A stretch of DNA of 64,000 bases from Geosiphon pyriformis uo1 (GCA_016748015.1 JAAOMT010000512.1:592719-656718); one strand, 5' to 3'. Positions 21,660 through 35,768 are shown, counted from the stretch's first letter. Program-made: numbers and translations. The notes: generated from the sequence alone by a model not told the origin.

Positions 21660-23442
21660 GTCGTTTATAATATTTCTTGAGTTGTGTACCATGAACAGAA
21701 CAATCATTGAAGATTGTTCTGGATTGATCTTGAAGAATATAAGAACTATTGTTCAAAACTTTGTTGACTATAAAGAGTCTTTTCCATTAGCTAAAGAATT
21801 TATTACCATAAACATTGTCTTTGTTAAAATGGTATTTTAGTATTAAGTCACCAATACTTAAAGAAAGTGTTTTATAGATTTTTTTTTTCTTAAGCTTTTC
21901 TTGAAACTGTTTTATCTTTTCAAAAGCAATTATTCGTGCTTTTACCAAAGAGTCAAGAATAGTACCAAGTTTTTTTTGCAAAATGTCTTTGTAATTTCCT
22001 ATTGTGATTTTTTCAAATAGTATTGTTTCAAAGTCAGTTTCTATTGGTAGTGTTGTTATGTATCTATAGAATAGATAAAAAGGTTCATAACTTGTTATGT
22101 CATGATTTACAATTCTATAAGCAAACAAAGCTGAAGACAGTACTTTGTCATATAAGTTTGTTTCTTCACTGGTTTTGGTTAAGGTTTTACATAGTGTTTT
22201 ATTAAAATATTCTACTAGGTTATTTGTTTAGGGGTGATAAAGAGAAGAAAGTTTATGATGTATTCCTATTTTTCTACAAAGTTTTTTAACCAGTGTACTG
22301 AGAAAAGCTCTTCCTCTATTAGATAAAAGTTCTTTACGGCAGCCATAATGACAGATGATATCTTTATAAATGAAATTGGCTATTGAGACTGCTGTTTGAT
22401 CTGAAGTAACTCTTGTTTCTACCCACTTTGTAAGATAGTCAGTAGCTATAATAATGTATCTGTTGCCATCAGAAGTTATTGTTAAAAGTTTAACAACATC
22501 TATACCAATTCTGTCAAATGATTGACCAACAAAGATTGAATGAATATCTTCTTTGTGATTTGGTTTGCCTTTTCTTTGGCAGATGTTACAGGTTTTGATG
22601 TATTTAGCAATGTTCTTTCCCAAAGTAGGCCAATAATAGCGAGCTAAAGTTTTTTGAATTGTCTTTGTTTTTTCAAAGTGTCTAGCTAATGGGTTAGTAT
22701 GCATATTGTATATTACAATTTTTTTTTCTTCAAATCTGATGACTCTTTGAGAGCAGTCAGAATCTTTACTGTTTCTTTTATATAATTGGTTCTGGTAGAT
22801 CAAATAGAAATTTGATTGTTTGCGCAAATGTTCTCTTTGCTGTTAAGTGTATTCTGGTGGGTATTGTTTTTAACCCAAAAATTCTATTAAGGCAGAGTAG
22901 CTGTCCAAGTCCATTATTGTGTTTGTTTGTAAAGAAGTTACTAATAATTAAGTTGGTTTGGTTTAAAAGGTTGTACTATTACTGGATGGTAAGTCTAAAG
23001 AAAGCATTAGCATTTTGATGATTTGCTCCTTTGTGGTGTTGAATATTATAGTTGAATTCATTCAAGTGGAGTAGCCAGTAAGTTATTTGTTTGTGTTCTA
23101 GTTTTTTTTTATTGTGCAGCCAAACCAAGGCTTGATAATCTGTTACCACTAAGAATTTTGCACCAAGAAAATATTGATCCCAGTAACTAATAGCCTAGAC
23201 TACTGCTAAACATTCTTGTTCAGTAACTGAATAGTTCTTTTCTGCTGGTGTGAGGGATCTACTGGCATATGCTATGGCATGTTCTCTGCTATTTTCATTT
23301 TTTTGTGAAAGAACAGCACCAAGTCCATAGCCAGATATATCAGTGTGGAAGATAAAAAGTTGGTCCAAATCAGGTTGCTTGAGAATTAGTTCAGTAACAA
23401 ATTTTTTCTTCAGAATTTCAAAAGCTTTTTGTTAATAAGTGC
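21660..23442 (-). pseudogene. RNase H and integrase of element D2
   Basis: ARYYWP..CNICQR, IGIDVV, ATDYLTKW, IAYASRSL, NANAFFR. Confidence 0.9.
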
Positions 23443-24074
23443 TGTTACAGGATGGTTTTCTTGGTATATTTTAATTGTTGATCTTCCGTTTTAATTGCAA
23501 TCAGTCTTTCATGAGTTCCTCTATTTTATGTGTTGAATATTAATGATAATGTACTGAAGGTTTTCTCTTGATGTTGTAATGTAAGTCTTCTCTTTAATTC
23601 TAGTTGTCTTTGTATGTTGTGTACTTCTTCCCAGAGGCTAATCTGAAATCTATCTGCTGTCTGGAGTCTTTTCTAAGGCTATTCTTGCAATTGCCTGATG
23701 TGTTTCTCTAATCTAGAAACATAGAATATTAATAGTCTTTTCATGATTTTCCTAAGTATATAATAAAGTTTTTTTCAATTTAATTAATAACCACGTGAAT
23801 AATCTTGATCAGGAATTATTTTTTCAAAGAATTCAGAGATGAAATAATAGTTTCATTTATTAGAAAGGGTATGTGAATTTTATTGTTAATCTTGTAATTA
23901 TGATGTTCATTCAATTTATTATTTTTATTAATTCTTTTTAAATAAGATTTTATTTAAATATTTGTTGTTTCTAGTTAAAGCTGTTCTTTTTCATCATTAA
24001 AAACTATTGTATATATATATAATTATTGTTTTACAAAATAATGTCTTGTAATACTCTATTTTCATTATTTCTAA

Positions 24075-24185
24075 ATAGTGCTTGCTGCTTTTGCATGATA
24101 GTGCTTGCTGCTATTGTAAAATAGTACTTGCTACTATTGCATAATAGTGCTTGCTGCTATTGTAAAATAGTGCTTGCTGTTATTT
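24075..24185. repeat. 23-bp tandem repeat AATAGTGCTTGCTGCTATTGT/CA in U3 of LTR E (also ~31010-31150)
   Basis: About 5 copies in the 3' LTR and about 6 in the 5' LTR, head-to-tail, no spacers. Confidence 0.9.
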
Positions 24186-24293
24186 GTAAATTATTTCTTT
24201 TTATAAATTTTTGCTGTGATATTTCATGATTGGCTAATTTATATTATTTATAATTCTTATTAAATTCTTGAACTGTAACATTATCTCCTTCTT

Positions 24294-24600
24294 TTAAGAT
24301 TGAGCTCTATTGAAATCAAAGTTAATTTCTTCATTGAATTCTAAGTCACTATAATAGTCTAATACTGTATTATTAACTTGTTGTTGTAATTCTTGAAATT
24401 GTGAATTGGTAAGTCGTCCAATACTGTTAGTTGTTATTATGTTTATGGTTGGATCCAGTAATACTTTGTGACAATTTTCAAATGCTTTGAAAATTCCATA
24501 AACTGCTTTTTGAATTGAATATACTGTTAGTTTTTCCAATAAAACTTTCTAATTGTTGGATTGTTGCTTTGTTAAATACTCTAATTAATGGGTGAGTTCA
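24294..24600 (-). pseudogene. ORF3 C-terminal half of element E
   Basis: KAVYGIFKAFENCHKVLL..ITTNSIGRLTNSQFQELQ..FNRAQS*, with the stop at the PPT. Confidence 0.75.
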
Positions 24601-24608
24601 TAATTTTT

Positions 24609-27600
24609 TTATATGTGTCTCATTTTTGACAAACAGTCAGCATTGGCATTTTTGGTACCTTCTTTGTATTTGATGATATAATCATATGGTGCTAATATTT
24701 GTAACCATCTGGTGTATTTTCTTTTCAGCACTTTCTTGTTATTTAACCAGACCAGATCTCTATGATCTGTGGTAATATCAAAGAATTTGTACTGTAAATA
24801 TGTGTCAAAGTGAACACAACTCCAGACTACTGTTAAGCATTCCAATTCATGTGCTGCATAGTTTTGCTCTGCTATACTAAGACTTCTACTGGCATAAGCA
24901 ATTACATATTCTCTTTCATTATTATTTTTTTGTGAAAAAATGGCTCCAAGTTCAGTTCCAAAGGCATTTGTGGCCAAAATGAATTTCTTGTTAAAATCTG
25001 AATAGATTATTATTAGTAATTCAATGAGCTTTTGCCTAAGATACTCAAAAGTTTTTTGTTGTGTTTCGGTCCATTCAAATTTCACATTTTTGGATAGTAG
25101 ATAATTAAGAGGTTTGGCAATGTTTAAAAAGTTTTTCTACAAAGCAGCAGTAGTAAGATGCAAGTCTTAAAAAGCTTCTAACTTCTGAAATGTTTTGAGG
25201 TACTGGAAAATTTTTCACTTTGTCTATTTTTGATGAATCTGGTTTTATTCCATCTTTTTCAACTATGTGTTCTAGAAATGTTAGCTCATTTTTTCCAAAG
25301 AAACATTTTTCTAAATTTAATTTAAGTCCAGTGTGTCTTAATCTCTCAAAAACTTGTTGTAAATATTGGAGATAATCTGCAAATTTTGGCGAAAAAACAT
25401 TTGTATTGTCCAAGTAGACAACAATAGATTGCCACAGAATTCTGGAGTAAATTACATCCATTAGTCTTTGGAATGTTATGGAAGTGTTTGCCAATCTAAA
25501 TGGCATTATATTGAACTCATAATTGCCATTTTGTGTTGTGAATGCTGTTTTATGCCTGTCTTTTGGGTTTATTTCTACTTGCCAGTATCCACTAGTCAAG
25601 TTAAGTGTAGAAAACCATTTTGCTCCTCCAAAAACATCGAAGATTTTGTCAATTAATGGTATTGGGTATGAATCTTTGGTTGTTTTGCTGTTTAGTTTGC
25701 AATAGTTGATGCAAAATCTAATTTTTTCATTCTTTTTCTTTACTAAAACAACTGGTAAGAATCATGGACTCATTGATAATTGAATTATTCCTTTTTTCAA
25801 CATATTTTGGACTTTTTCTCTAATAAAATTATGCTCCATTGGTGGGACATGATAAGCACGTTGTTTTTCAGGTCTGGCATTCCCAGTGGAAATTTGGTGT
25901 TGAACCAAGTTGGTTCTTCCAAATTTGCCATTTCATAAAAATATATCAAAGTATTTTAAAATTAATGCTTTTAATTGTCACTGTTGGTCCAGATCCATTG
26001 TTCCAATGTTTAATTTGGCCAATTTTTCTGGCATAAATTGATAGCATTCCAATGGTTGTTGCCAATTTATTGAAGTGAGTTTACAGTAAAAGGCAATTTC
26101 TGGAAAATTTAGAATTTCTTGTGGTGTTGACATGTTTTCTAGCTCTGTTCCAAGGTATTCCATAATAGTGTTTTCTGAAATGTATATGAGCTCTTCTATG
26201 GTATTTGTGATAAGAATTTTTATCTATTGTGTTTTGTTAGCTGAAATAAAAAGGTTAGTAAGTCTTATAGGAAACTGTTGGCAAATTTTGGGTGAGGCTC
26301 AAATATTAGATTTATATCTTTTATTGTTCTTTTTATTTTAATTTCTGATTTTTCATAAAATGTGAGCATGATTGACTGCTCATTTCTGATTAATTCATTT
26401 TTTTCCTTTGGCATTTCAATAAAATTTGCTTCAATTTCTTTTCCTGTTGATCTAAAACCATAAATTTCTCTCATTGTTTGTGTCAATTCCTCTCAATTTT
26501 TCACTAGTACAAATTTTCCAACTTTTACTAATGGTAGGAAAATTGCTTGTGCAATCTTTTCCTTAGATTCAATAGTATAAGATTTTTCTGAATTGTTCTG
26601 TAGTAAAATCATCAAATTTTCAGTGTAGCCAGAGTCAATTACTTCTTCTTGAACACTTATTTCTTTTTTTGTGAGGCTTGATCACAACACTATTTGAATC
26701 ATTATTCCTGGCAGAATTTCAACTACTATTTTTAGGTCAATTTTGGTAATGCTTTTGGATGGTAACATTGTGGATTGGTCTTTTGGATAACATAGATTAA
26801 ATCTGCCATCAATTGGATGGGCTCTTTCAGGTACTATTCCTAAGTGTTTATTGTCATAGTACTGGATGCTGATCTCTTAATCTAAATCAGTATAGGCTAA
26901 AATATTTTCTGACTTGGAACTGTCAGATGAGTTTTGTTGATTTATTGATTGATTTTAGTATTGCTGATTCTTAATTTCCATTTTTCTTGCCAAGTTTCTT
27001 TTGTATTAACACTCTTCACAGCACTGACTTTGGCATGGAATAAGACAGTCTTTGCAAAGATAAGTGTTGATCTGGACTAGATACTGTTCCTGTTCTTGGT
27101 GAGTAGAACACAGCTGTTGATAATTTTCTTGGAATTCGTCCACTGAGTTGAACATGTTGTAGTTGGTGACTTCATCGGCTATTTTGGCTGACACTTTCCA
27201 ACATCGTATTTCTTTGGTGGTTCTTTTTCTTATTTTGGCTTGTGCGATGTTGTATAACTTATCCTCATTATGTGAATAGTGCTGCAGTCTTCTTAATGCT
27301 CTGTTGAATGCTGCTTTGAATGGCATTTCTCTTCTTACTCAGTCATAGATGAGAATTGTGTATTGGCAAGTTGCATCACACATTCTTTCTCTACCTGGTA
27401 TGTTGTTTCAGTTGCACCCTCTTGGTAACGGTTCTCCACAAGTGAGGCATGGTTCTTCATCTCATTTTCTGTGTCTTTCTGAATAACCATATTTTTTTTT
27501 GTTACAATAGTTATAATAGTAGTGGGTGAAGTTTCTTGGGTCTTTGTCTGGTGTGCTACATGCAGTCATAGACGAGAGTTTCTTCTTGCAAACCAAGCAT

Positions 27601-30318
27601 TCTAGCTTTGGTTTGCATTGCTGGTGGTTTCTTTGTGGACTTACCTGGTTTTATTTGGATCTTTCTTTATTGGTCCACATTGGTATGGCTGGTAGTCCTG
27701 TTCTTTGGTCATCAGCCCAAGAGAGCTAATAGGTTTTGATGGCTGGTAGTGCTGGATTTTTCTCAAATTCAAAGGTAGGTCTTTAGTTGGTGCTGGGTTT
27801 TTGGAAGTGGCCACAGGTGGCTGAAATTCTGGTCTAATGGCCATTATAATTAATCAGAAGCTCTTGGGTGGTCCAGTCTAAGGTGGCATTGGCTTTTGTT
27901 AGCCAGTTATTCCCTACTAATGCTTGATATTGTGTAGCATCTATTATTAATACTTTTGTAAGTATTACTATGCCATTAATTTTGAAAGAGAATAAGTCAA
28001 TTTTGCCATGAGGCAGCTTTGTACTTCTATTGGCTGTTATGATTTGGGACATCACAGCATGATCAACTTTGAAACCCAGTTGGTTTACTAGTTGAAGCAT
28101 TATGATGCTTCCAGTGGATCTATTATCTAAGATAAGTTTGATTGGGATATTATTTACAGTGGCTTCCGTATACATAGCAGTGATTGGGCATTTTTTGTTC
28201 AATGCTGCTCCACTGAACATAGCCTTGTTTTCCTCTAATTTAGAAAAAAAAATAGCTGTAAGGCTGTTATCTTCAGTGGCAACTGCTGGTAGTATTGTTT
28301 GGCTTAATTTGTTGGAGAAATTTTCAGTTCTGTTTATGTTTCTACCATCATTGTTTCTAATAATCAGATTTTCCAGTATATTAAGGTAAGTTTGTTGATA
28401 ATTTTGGTAGTTTGGATTGGTTTGCTGACTGGTTCCAGCATGGTTTGGATTCCTCTGGACCAATGTGTTCTGGTTTCACATGGGCTGATTTTGGGGCTCG
28501 GAATGCTAATTTGGATTGGCTATTATGAACTGTTGCTAGTAAGTTCCTTGATTTTGATACATGGTGAAATATTGGCATGGTATTGGTGTGTACTGGTTTC
28601 TGGGCATTTGAGATGGCATGTAATAATTATTTTTGCATACTTTCTGCATGATTCACGTTTGATATTGACTAATCAAATGTCCTATGCATTGCAAAAATAG
28701 CAGGCACACATTTCTGTTCTGAATTTTTGGTGTGATAAACGATTATTTCAACTGTTGCTGACTTCCTGACTGCGTTTTTGGGGTGGTTGGTATGTATTTC
28801 TTCTTGGATTCAGGATGAGATAACTTTCTATTTTCTTAGAGAGTTTCTCTCTTAATTGTGTTACTCTTTTTTCTAATGTTTCTGTCTTATTTTTCTTTAT
28901 TATCATGTTAACTATTTGACTATGGTTAGCTTTTTTCTCAGCCAATTCAAGGGCTCTGGTGAGTGTAACAGCTTCTGGTAAGGAATTAGGGTGGGCAGGG
29001 CATACTCTTCCTAAAATGCTGCTTTTTAATCCTCTAATAAACTGATTTAAAACCTGAAAATCAGTGTAGTATCTTTGTTCAATTACTTCAATTTGACAGC
29101 AAATTCGATTAAATCGAGCAAAGTATTGGGTAATAGTTTCACCAGTACCTTGCTTGATAGTATTGAATTTGTTCTGTAGTTAGATTATGGTGTTTGGGTC
29201 ACTAAAATACTCCAGGAGTGCATTTTTAAATTCGGCAAAGCTTATGGGTTTTGTTTCCAGGCTTTGATATCACAAGTTGGCTGTGTCTTTCAGAAAGAAA
29301 AGTAATGTTTGAATTGCTCTTTGGTTGCTCCAGTTATTTGCCTGGATGGCTTTTTGCATTTCTCTGAGCCACATGTGCACACCCATTTTTTCTTCCTCTC
29401 CTAAGAAATCTGTTAGTCTTGTAATGTATAGTGTGGTCATTTTGTCGCCATTTTCTGCTGGTGGGCTTATTGGTTTAAGAGGAAGTGAAATAATATTTCC
29501 TTGAGCATTCCTAAAGATGGCTTCCCTTATATCTGGTTTTTCCTTTTGATTACAAGTTTCTTGGTTTTTGAACTGGCTGCTTGTTTCAGTGACCAGTTTT
29601 TGATTGTTTTTTTGCTGGTCTCTTTTTCAGATTCCGATTCAAACTCCTCTTCACAGTTTTCAAACTCTGTTCCAAATTTTGGCTGAAAAAAAGGGTTTTG
29701 GAATAGTAATAAATATCTTTCTGTAATTGGTATGTCTCTCCAGTTATGTTGTTTAATTTTATCAGTATAACTAAAAGTTCTTAGTGTTTGTGGAGTTGAT
29801 ATTGATAATGATGCAGCTTCTAATAGAATTTGTATCTTATTTTCTGGTGAAAAATAGTATGATTTATTTTCTGGTGAATAAATACGTTGTTTCTTTATTG
29901 ATTGAGTGACAGTTTTTTTTGGTGTTTGAGCAGATGTTCCTAGTTTTTGCTGGTTACTTTCCTGATTAGTTTCTAAATTTTCTTTGGTTTTGTTGGCACA
30001 TTCTCTAGTGTTTTCTGTGGATATTGGAAAATTTTCATTGGTGTATTGCTCAATTTCTTGATGGATTTTGGCAATAGTTGTGGCTATTACTGCTACTTCC
30101 TTTATAGTGTATTGTAATAATTCTCTATACAATCCAAGTTTTGTGTTGTGTAGTTCTTCTTTTTTTCCTATATGATAATTTATTCTGGCATTGATATAAT
30201 AAGTGAGCGCAGATTCTGCTAAACAACACCCTTCTGGTAATCCAAGTTTACTTTGATTTTGTGTGTAAATAGCATGGCAGAATTCAAGAACTATAAGGGT
30301 AGGGGTTTTTGTTGCCAC
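24609..30318 (-). pseudogene. gag-PR-dUTPase-RT-RNase H of element E
   Basis: LILDNRSTGS, DGRFNL / VIDSGY / KIAQAIF / YGFRSTG, VVYLDN, IAYASRSL, NADCLSK. Confidence 0.92.
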
Positions 30319-31239
30319 TTTTGTTTCTTCTTTTTTAGCAATGAATTATTACTAATTATTATTTTCTTTTTGATTTTCTTTCCTCATAGGGTTTATCAAA
30401 TGTTATGGGATGGTTTTCTTGGTATATTTTAATTGTTGATCTCCTGTTTTAATTGCAATCAGTTTCTTGTGAGTTCTTTTATTTTATGTGTTGGATATTA
30501 ATAATAATATACTGAAGGTTTTTTCTTGATGTTGTGATATAAGTCTTTTTTTTTAATTCTAGTTGTCTTTGTATATTGTGTACTCCTTCCTAGAGACTAA
30601 TCTAAAATCTATTCACTGTCTAGGGTCTTTTCTGAGGCTATTTTTGCAATTGCCTAATGTGTTTCTCTAATCTAGAAACACGGAATGTTAATGGCTTTTT
30701 TGCAATTTTTCTAAATATATAATAAAGCTTTTTTCAATTTAATTAGTAACCATGTGAATAATCTTGATCAGGAATTATTCTTCCAAAGGGTTCAGAGATG
30801 GAATGATAGTTTCATTTGTTAGAGAGGGTATGTGAATTCTATTGTTAATTTTGTAATTGTGATGTTCATTCAATTTATTATTTTTATTAATTCTTTTTGA
30901 ATAAGATTTTATTTAGATATTTGTTGCTTCTAGTTAAAACTATTGTATATATATATAATTATTGTTTTACAAAATAATGTCTTGTAATACTTTATTTCTA
31001 TTATTTCTAAATAGTGCTTATTACTATTGTAAAATATTGCTTGCTGCTTTTGCACAATAGTGTTTGCTGCGATTGTAAAATAGTGCTTGCTGTTATTGCA
31101 TGATAATGCTTGTTGCTATTGTAAAATAGTGCTTGCTGTTATTTGTAAATCATTTCTTTTTATAAATTGTTGCTGTGCTATTTTATGATTGGCTAAATTA
31201 TATTATTTATAATTCCTATTAAATTCTTGAACTGTAACA

Positions 31240-34200
31240 GTGTTCCAGTAATAATTGACATTTTTTTTGAGTAGCTAATTGAGAGAAAAGATAATTTTGG
31301 AGAAATTCTTGATAAATTTGTGATAGTAAGAGGCCAATCCAAGGAAAAAGTGTAGTTCAGGAACATTTATTGGTTATCTAATATTCTGAACTTTTTCCAC
31401 TTTAGCTAAGTCAGGGAAGATTCCATTTTTTGTAATAAGATGACCAAGAAACTGGGTGGATTGGTATCTAAAGAAAAATTTGATTGGGTTAATCTTGAAA
31501 CCAGTATTTCTGAACAGGTCAAAAACCTTCTGTAAATATTTAAGATATTCATCCCAGGTTTTTGAATATACTATTATGTTGTCCAAGTAAACCAGAACAA
31601 AGTTTTTTTTTACTGATTCAAACACTTTATCCATTAGGTGTTAAAAAGTGGAAGGAGCATTAGTAAGACCAAAAAGCATGACTGTAAATTCATAGGTGCC
31701 ATATTTAGTAATGAAGACAGTTTTCTTTCTGCTTTTTGGATCCATTTCTACTTGCCAGAATCCAGCAGTTAAATCAATAGTTGAGAAAAAAGCAGCACTA
31801 TTGAATTTATCTAGCATTACATCAATTTTGAAGAGTAGGTACATGTCTCTTACAGTGATGGCATTTAATTGGTAGTAGTCAACACAAAAGCATAGGGTTC
31901 CATTTTTCTTGGATACTACTACAATTGAGAAAGCCCATTCACTCTTGGTTTCTTGTATAAATCCAAAATTTTTTATCTGGTTTATCTCTTTTTTGATAAA
32001 CTCATTATTGTGTTGATTGGATTGATAAGACTTCAAATAGATGGGATGAGTTTCTTTGGTGGTAATGGTATATTGTATTACATGAATTCGTTCAGGGGTG
32101 TTATCTTCTTTTGAAATAACTGGGCTATTTCTAGCCAACAGATTTTTAATGTTCACTTTTTTTTCTACAGGGGAAGGTTTTCTTTGTTTTACAACTAGTG
32201 ATTGGATTTTAGGTGGTTCACTCTCAAAGAACTTTTGTATTTCTTTTAGTTCTTTTCTGGATATCAAACTAATTGGCTTCTAATCTTTGTAATAGATTAG
32301 GCAAAACTTGCATTTATCATTAAGGGAATACAAAGATTTATCACACCAGCACCTGGCACAAGAACCATGTCACTAGTAACTATATTTGGCTTTTTTGCCA
32401 GGCTTTCTGTCAAAAATTCTTTTGAGAATATTATAGTAGAGCCAGCAGATCAGCTTGCTATTTATTATGATTTCTTCTTTATCTGCTTTAATATTGTCCA
32501 GTAGCTTGTCATTGCTGGTAAAGATGATATAAGCAAGTTCAGCAGTTTTTTTTGTTCTTTTTAATCTTCTTCTTCATCATTCTTATTATCATCTGATTTA
32601 TCTGATTGTTTTTTTTCTTGGTTCTGTTCAGTTACTGGAAGAGTTGTCCAATGATGGCATTTAACCACAATGAATTTTTCACCACATCTGATGATTAGTT
32701 CGCAAAGTTTATTGTCAAGTAGTGCTTTGGCTTTCTTAAGCCACTCATTATCAACAATGATAGTATACTCTTTTACTTCAAATACTTTCATGTCTGTTTC
32801 AATGCTAATACTATTAATGTAAACAAGAACAGCTTTGGCTATACCCAAACCTTTCTTTTTGTTACCATGTATATTGGTCATAGATCAGGTAAAAGGTTCA
32901 TCAATTTTTCTTCCAATGGCTTCCAGAAAGTGTTTGGCAATTACACTGACAGATGATTTACTGTCTAGAATTAAATCAATAAAGTAGCCAGCCACTTGGG
33001 CTTTGCAAATCAGAGAAGTGACATTGCTGTTGTTAGTAAATTCAGCTTAACAAGAATGCTTATTGGTTTTTGGTGTCTTTTTTTTGGTATTAATGATTTG
33101 CAAAGATCTTTTCTAAACTGTAGATGGGTTATTAGTTGGCCAAATATAATATGTGCTGGAGTTTTCATAAGATCTTTAACAACAGAATAGGGGCCAAATT
33201 TTTGTACTATTTCTGAAGGTTCCAATTTTGGAGGATTTTTAAAAACTTTAGCCTTTGGTGGTTCATTGTTGTCAGCAATAGAAGTTGAAGCTTTGTTGTA
33301 ATCTAAAACGAAATCAATCTTGGCTTTCTTCTTTTTTTTTGTTAAGTCAGAGGTATTAATTGCCAGTTTATCTATATCATGGTCATCATCAATTAGGTTA
33401 AAAATATAAAAGGGGTTTTTTTCTGGTTGGTTTGCACTCTTACTCTTTGGAAATGTGTCTATCAGTTTAAAGGCTAATAAACAGTAGCTTTAACTAAGGA
33501 ATCCTCTCCAAAGAAATTGATGTTGGCATAATTGGGTCTTTAATTGAGAACATTATTATTGTTGGGTCTGTTATTCTGGATGTCATTATTTTTAAGAGCT
33601 GAAGAAAGCAATGGAAGATTGTTGCAGTCTCTGGAAAAGTGTTCAGTTAATCCATAGCAATAGCATACAGGTGGGTCATAATTTTATTGTCTTTGATATG
33701 ATGGTTGTTGGGACTAATTGAAATGGAATTCAAATTTGGGTCTTTGGAGTTGCTGGTTGTTTCTGACTGCTTGAGCTAATGGTTCTAATAGTCAAACAAG
33801 GTTAGCAGTAAGTTTGTTTATTAATTGTTCATTGAAATCTTAAATGTGAGTGGCAAAAGAGGTAACAGCCATTTGTGGAGCTAGAACCATGGTAGGAGCA
33901 GAAGCAAAAACTAGAAAAGTAGATCCTAGGTGCATTCTTTGGTTGTTTTCTATTCTCTGGACAAGTTTAATAGCCATATCTATTGTGGGATTATTTTTCA
34001 GAGCCAAAAGGGGCCAAAAAGCATATAAGAGATCAGTTCTCAATCCTTTTGTAAAGGAATAAATCTTTTGCTTTTCTGTTTAATTTCTACCAGAGTCTAT
34101 ATGCTTAATTAGTTTTCTAATGACTTTAGTGTATTTAATTACTATTTTTTTTGGGCCTTGGGTTTTTCTTTCCAATTCCATGCATCATTTAAATATCAAG

Positions 34201-35012
34201 ATAGGAGTTCTAAATTTTGTTTCAAGCTGAGTAGTAAAAGAGGTGTTATCTTCTTCAGCATTTGCTGATGTCTATCTAATGATTTTTTGCTAAGCATTGG
34301 CATTGGTTTTTTGTGAAAACCAAGTAGCAAAAAAGTCTTGAAAGTAGCCACCAATGATTTGGAACTTGTATTTATTATCATATTGGTTTGCTGTGACAGC
34401 TCTCTCAAAATCTTCCAGCCATTTAATTGGATCTTGGGCATTATCTCTGAATAATAGTAATGGGATGTTGTTTCTTTGCCCTAAAGCAGTCTGTATACCT
34501 TGGAGAGCAATCAGAATGTTTTGTTATAGAGGATCTTGAGCCATTGGTTTAGATGTAACTGTTTGTGTGAAGTGTTCTGATTCACTTAAAAAGAGATTAA
34601 AAACAGGAGCAGTTTGATAGCTTTCTTTTTCTGTTTTAAGAGAAGTTTCAGTTAATTGATAGACAGCAATCCAAATATGGATTTGATGATTCAGATATTC
34701 GAAATCAGAGGACTGTTGTTCAAAAGTTGTAGAATATAAGAGCTGATTAATACTGTTGTTTCTTTCTTCAAAGTTGTCTTCAAAATAAGCTTGATCAAAG
34801 TAATAGATTGTATAAACTGTGTAGATTTCAGCTAAATACTTATTTAGGAACCAGTTCCAAAAGTCTTGGAATTGTCTGCTAGATTGTTCTTCAATGAGAA
34901 AGCAAATCAAGCAAGAGAACAAAGGATTGAGTTTAATAAAGTCTAGATCATTTTTGTTGTGTGTTTTAAAGTGTTCTTCTGATTGTTGTAACAAATATGA
35001 ATAATCATCCAT
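31240..35012 (-). pseudogene. gag-PR-RT of element D2
   Basis: LILDSKSS, a short Cys cluster HGSCARCWCD..CKFC, CFCVDY, GFWQV, LFGLTNAPSTF, VLVYLDN. No dUTPase motifs. Confidence 0.9.
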
Positions 35013-35064
35013 ACAATAGAAAACAAAGTGGATTTTAACAACCTTACAGGAAGCACCACTTTTA

Positions 35065-35768
35065 TATTATGGATTGGAGTAACAAGCTAACAGATAACAA
35101 GGGAAAACAAGATTGTAGAATGATGAAAGGAATCAAAAAGAATTCAACTTCAAAGAGTGAATTAAATAAGTATGGATTCAATGTGCAAGATCAATCTCAT
35201 AAAATATCTCAGTCATTATACTTTTCAAAAGATAACTGAGGAATCTGAAGGTAGAGAAATAGTCCATACTGTCAACAAATGATCACACACTAGTATAATT
35301 CTATGCCTTATATCAGCACTCTTAGAATTCAATATTAGGTATTGGGTGTACTTTTCAGTTACATTTTATTTAATAATCTTCAAATGCTACAATTATACAA
35401 ATCAAAAAAAAGGTAAGGAATATCTAACAAGTGATCTTTTATCCCAAGATATTTGGATACTTGAAGGTAGGAAAAGAAAAATTAGCAATAAAAGAAAGAT
35501 TGAAATGAAAGTTGTTATTTTATTTATTTAATTTTCTTGATTTCTACATACTTTTCTACAGCTAAGAGATTCATTGCTTATATAGCTATCAAAAGTGGTC
35601 AATGATTAAGTCAATAATCAAGTCATTGATCAGATCAATGATCAGGTTAACAGTCAGGTCATTGATCAAGTTAATAATTACTTTCTAAAAATAGAGTGGC
35701 TAATTTATATGACATCAGTGGCTAATACATATGATAATTAATAAGAAGTATAAGTTTCAATTATAACA
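35065..35768 (-). repeat. 5' LTR of element D2, with a 12-bp GGTCAATGATCA-type array (~35597-35680)
   Basis: 704 bp; aligns with 19610-19992 + 20673-20933. Confidence 0.9.

Larger units (their letters stand above)
23443..31239 (-). mobile_element. Ty3/Gypsy element E (7,797 bp; dUTPase present, integrase absent), nested in D2
   Basis: LTRs 23443-24280 and 30401-31239, TSD GTGC/GTGT, PBS 30382-30398, PPT 24281-24295. Contains gag, PR, Cys-rich region, dUT, RT, RH, then directly the ORF3 tail. Confidence 0.93.
19610..35768 (-). mobile_element. Ty3/Gypsy element D2 (no dUTPase), inserted into the dUTPase of C
   Basis: LTRs 19610-20933 (interrupted) and 35065-35768, perfect ATAT TSD, PBS 35042-35058, PPT 20934-20944. 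Confidence 0.92.

Noticed and set aside
24075-24185. 23-bp repeats as a CRISPR array
   Set aside because: Head-to-tail with no unique spacers, duplicated in both LTRs of E, and no cas genes.
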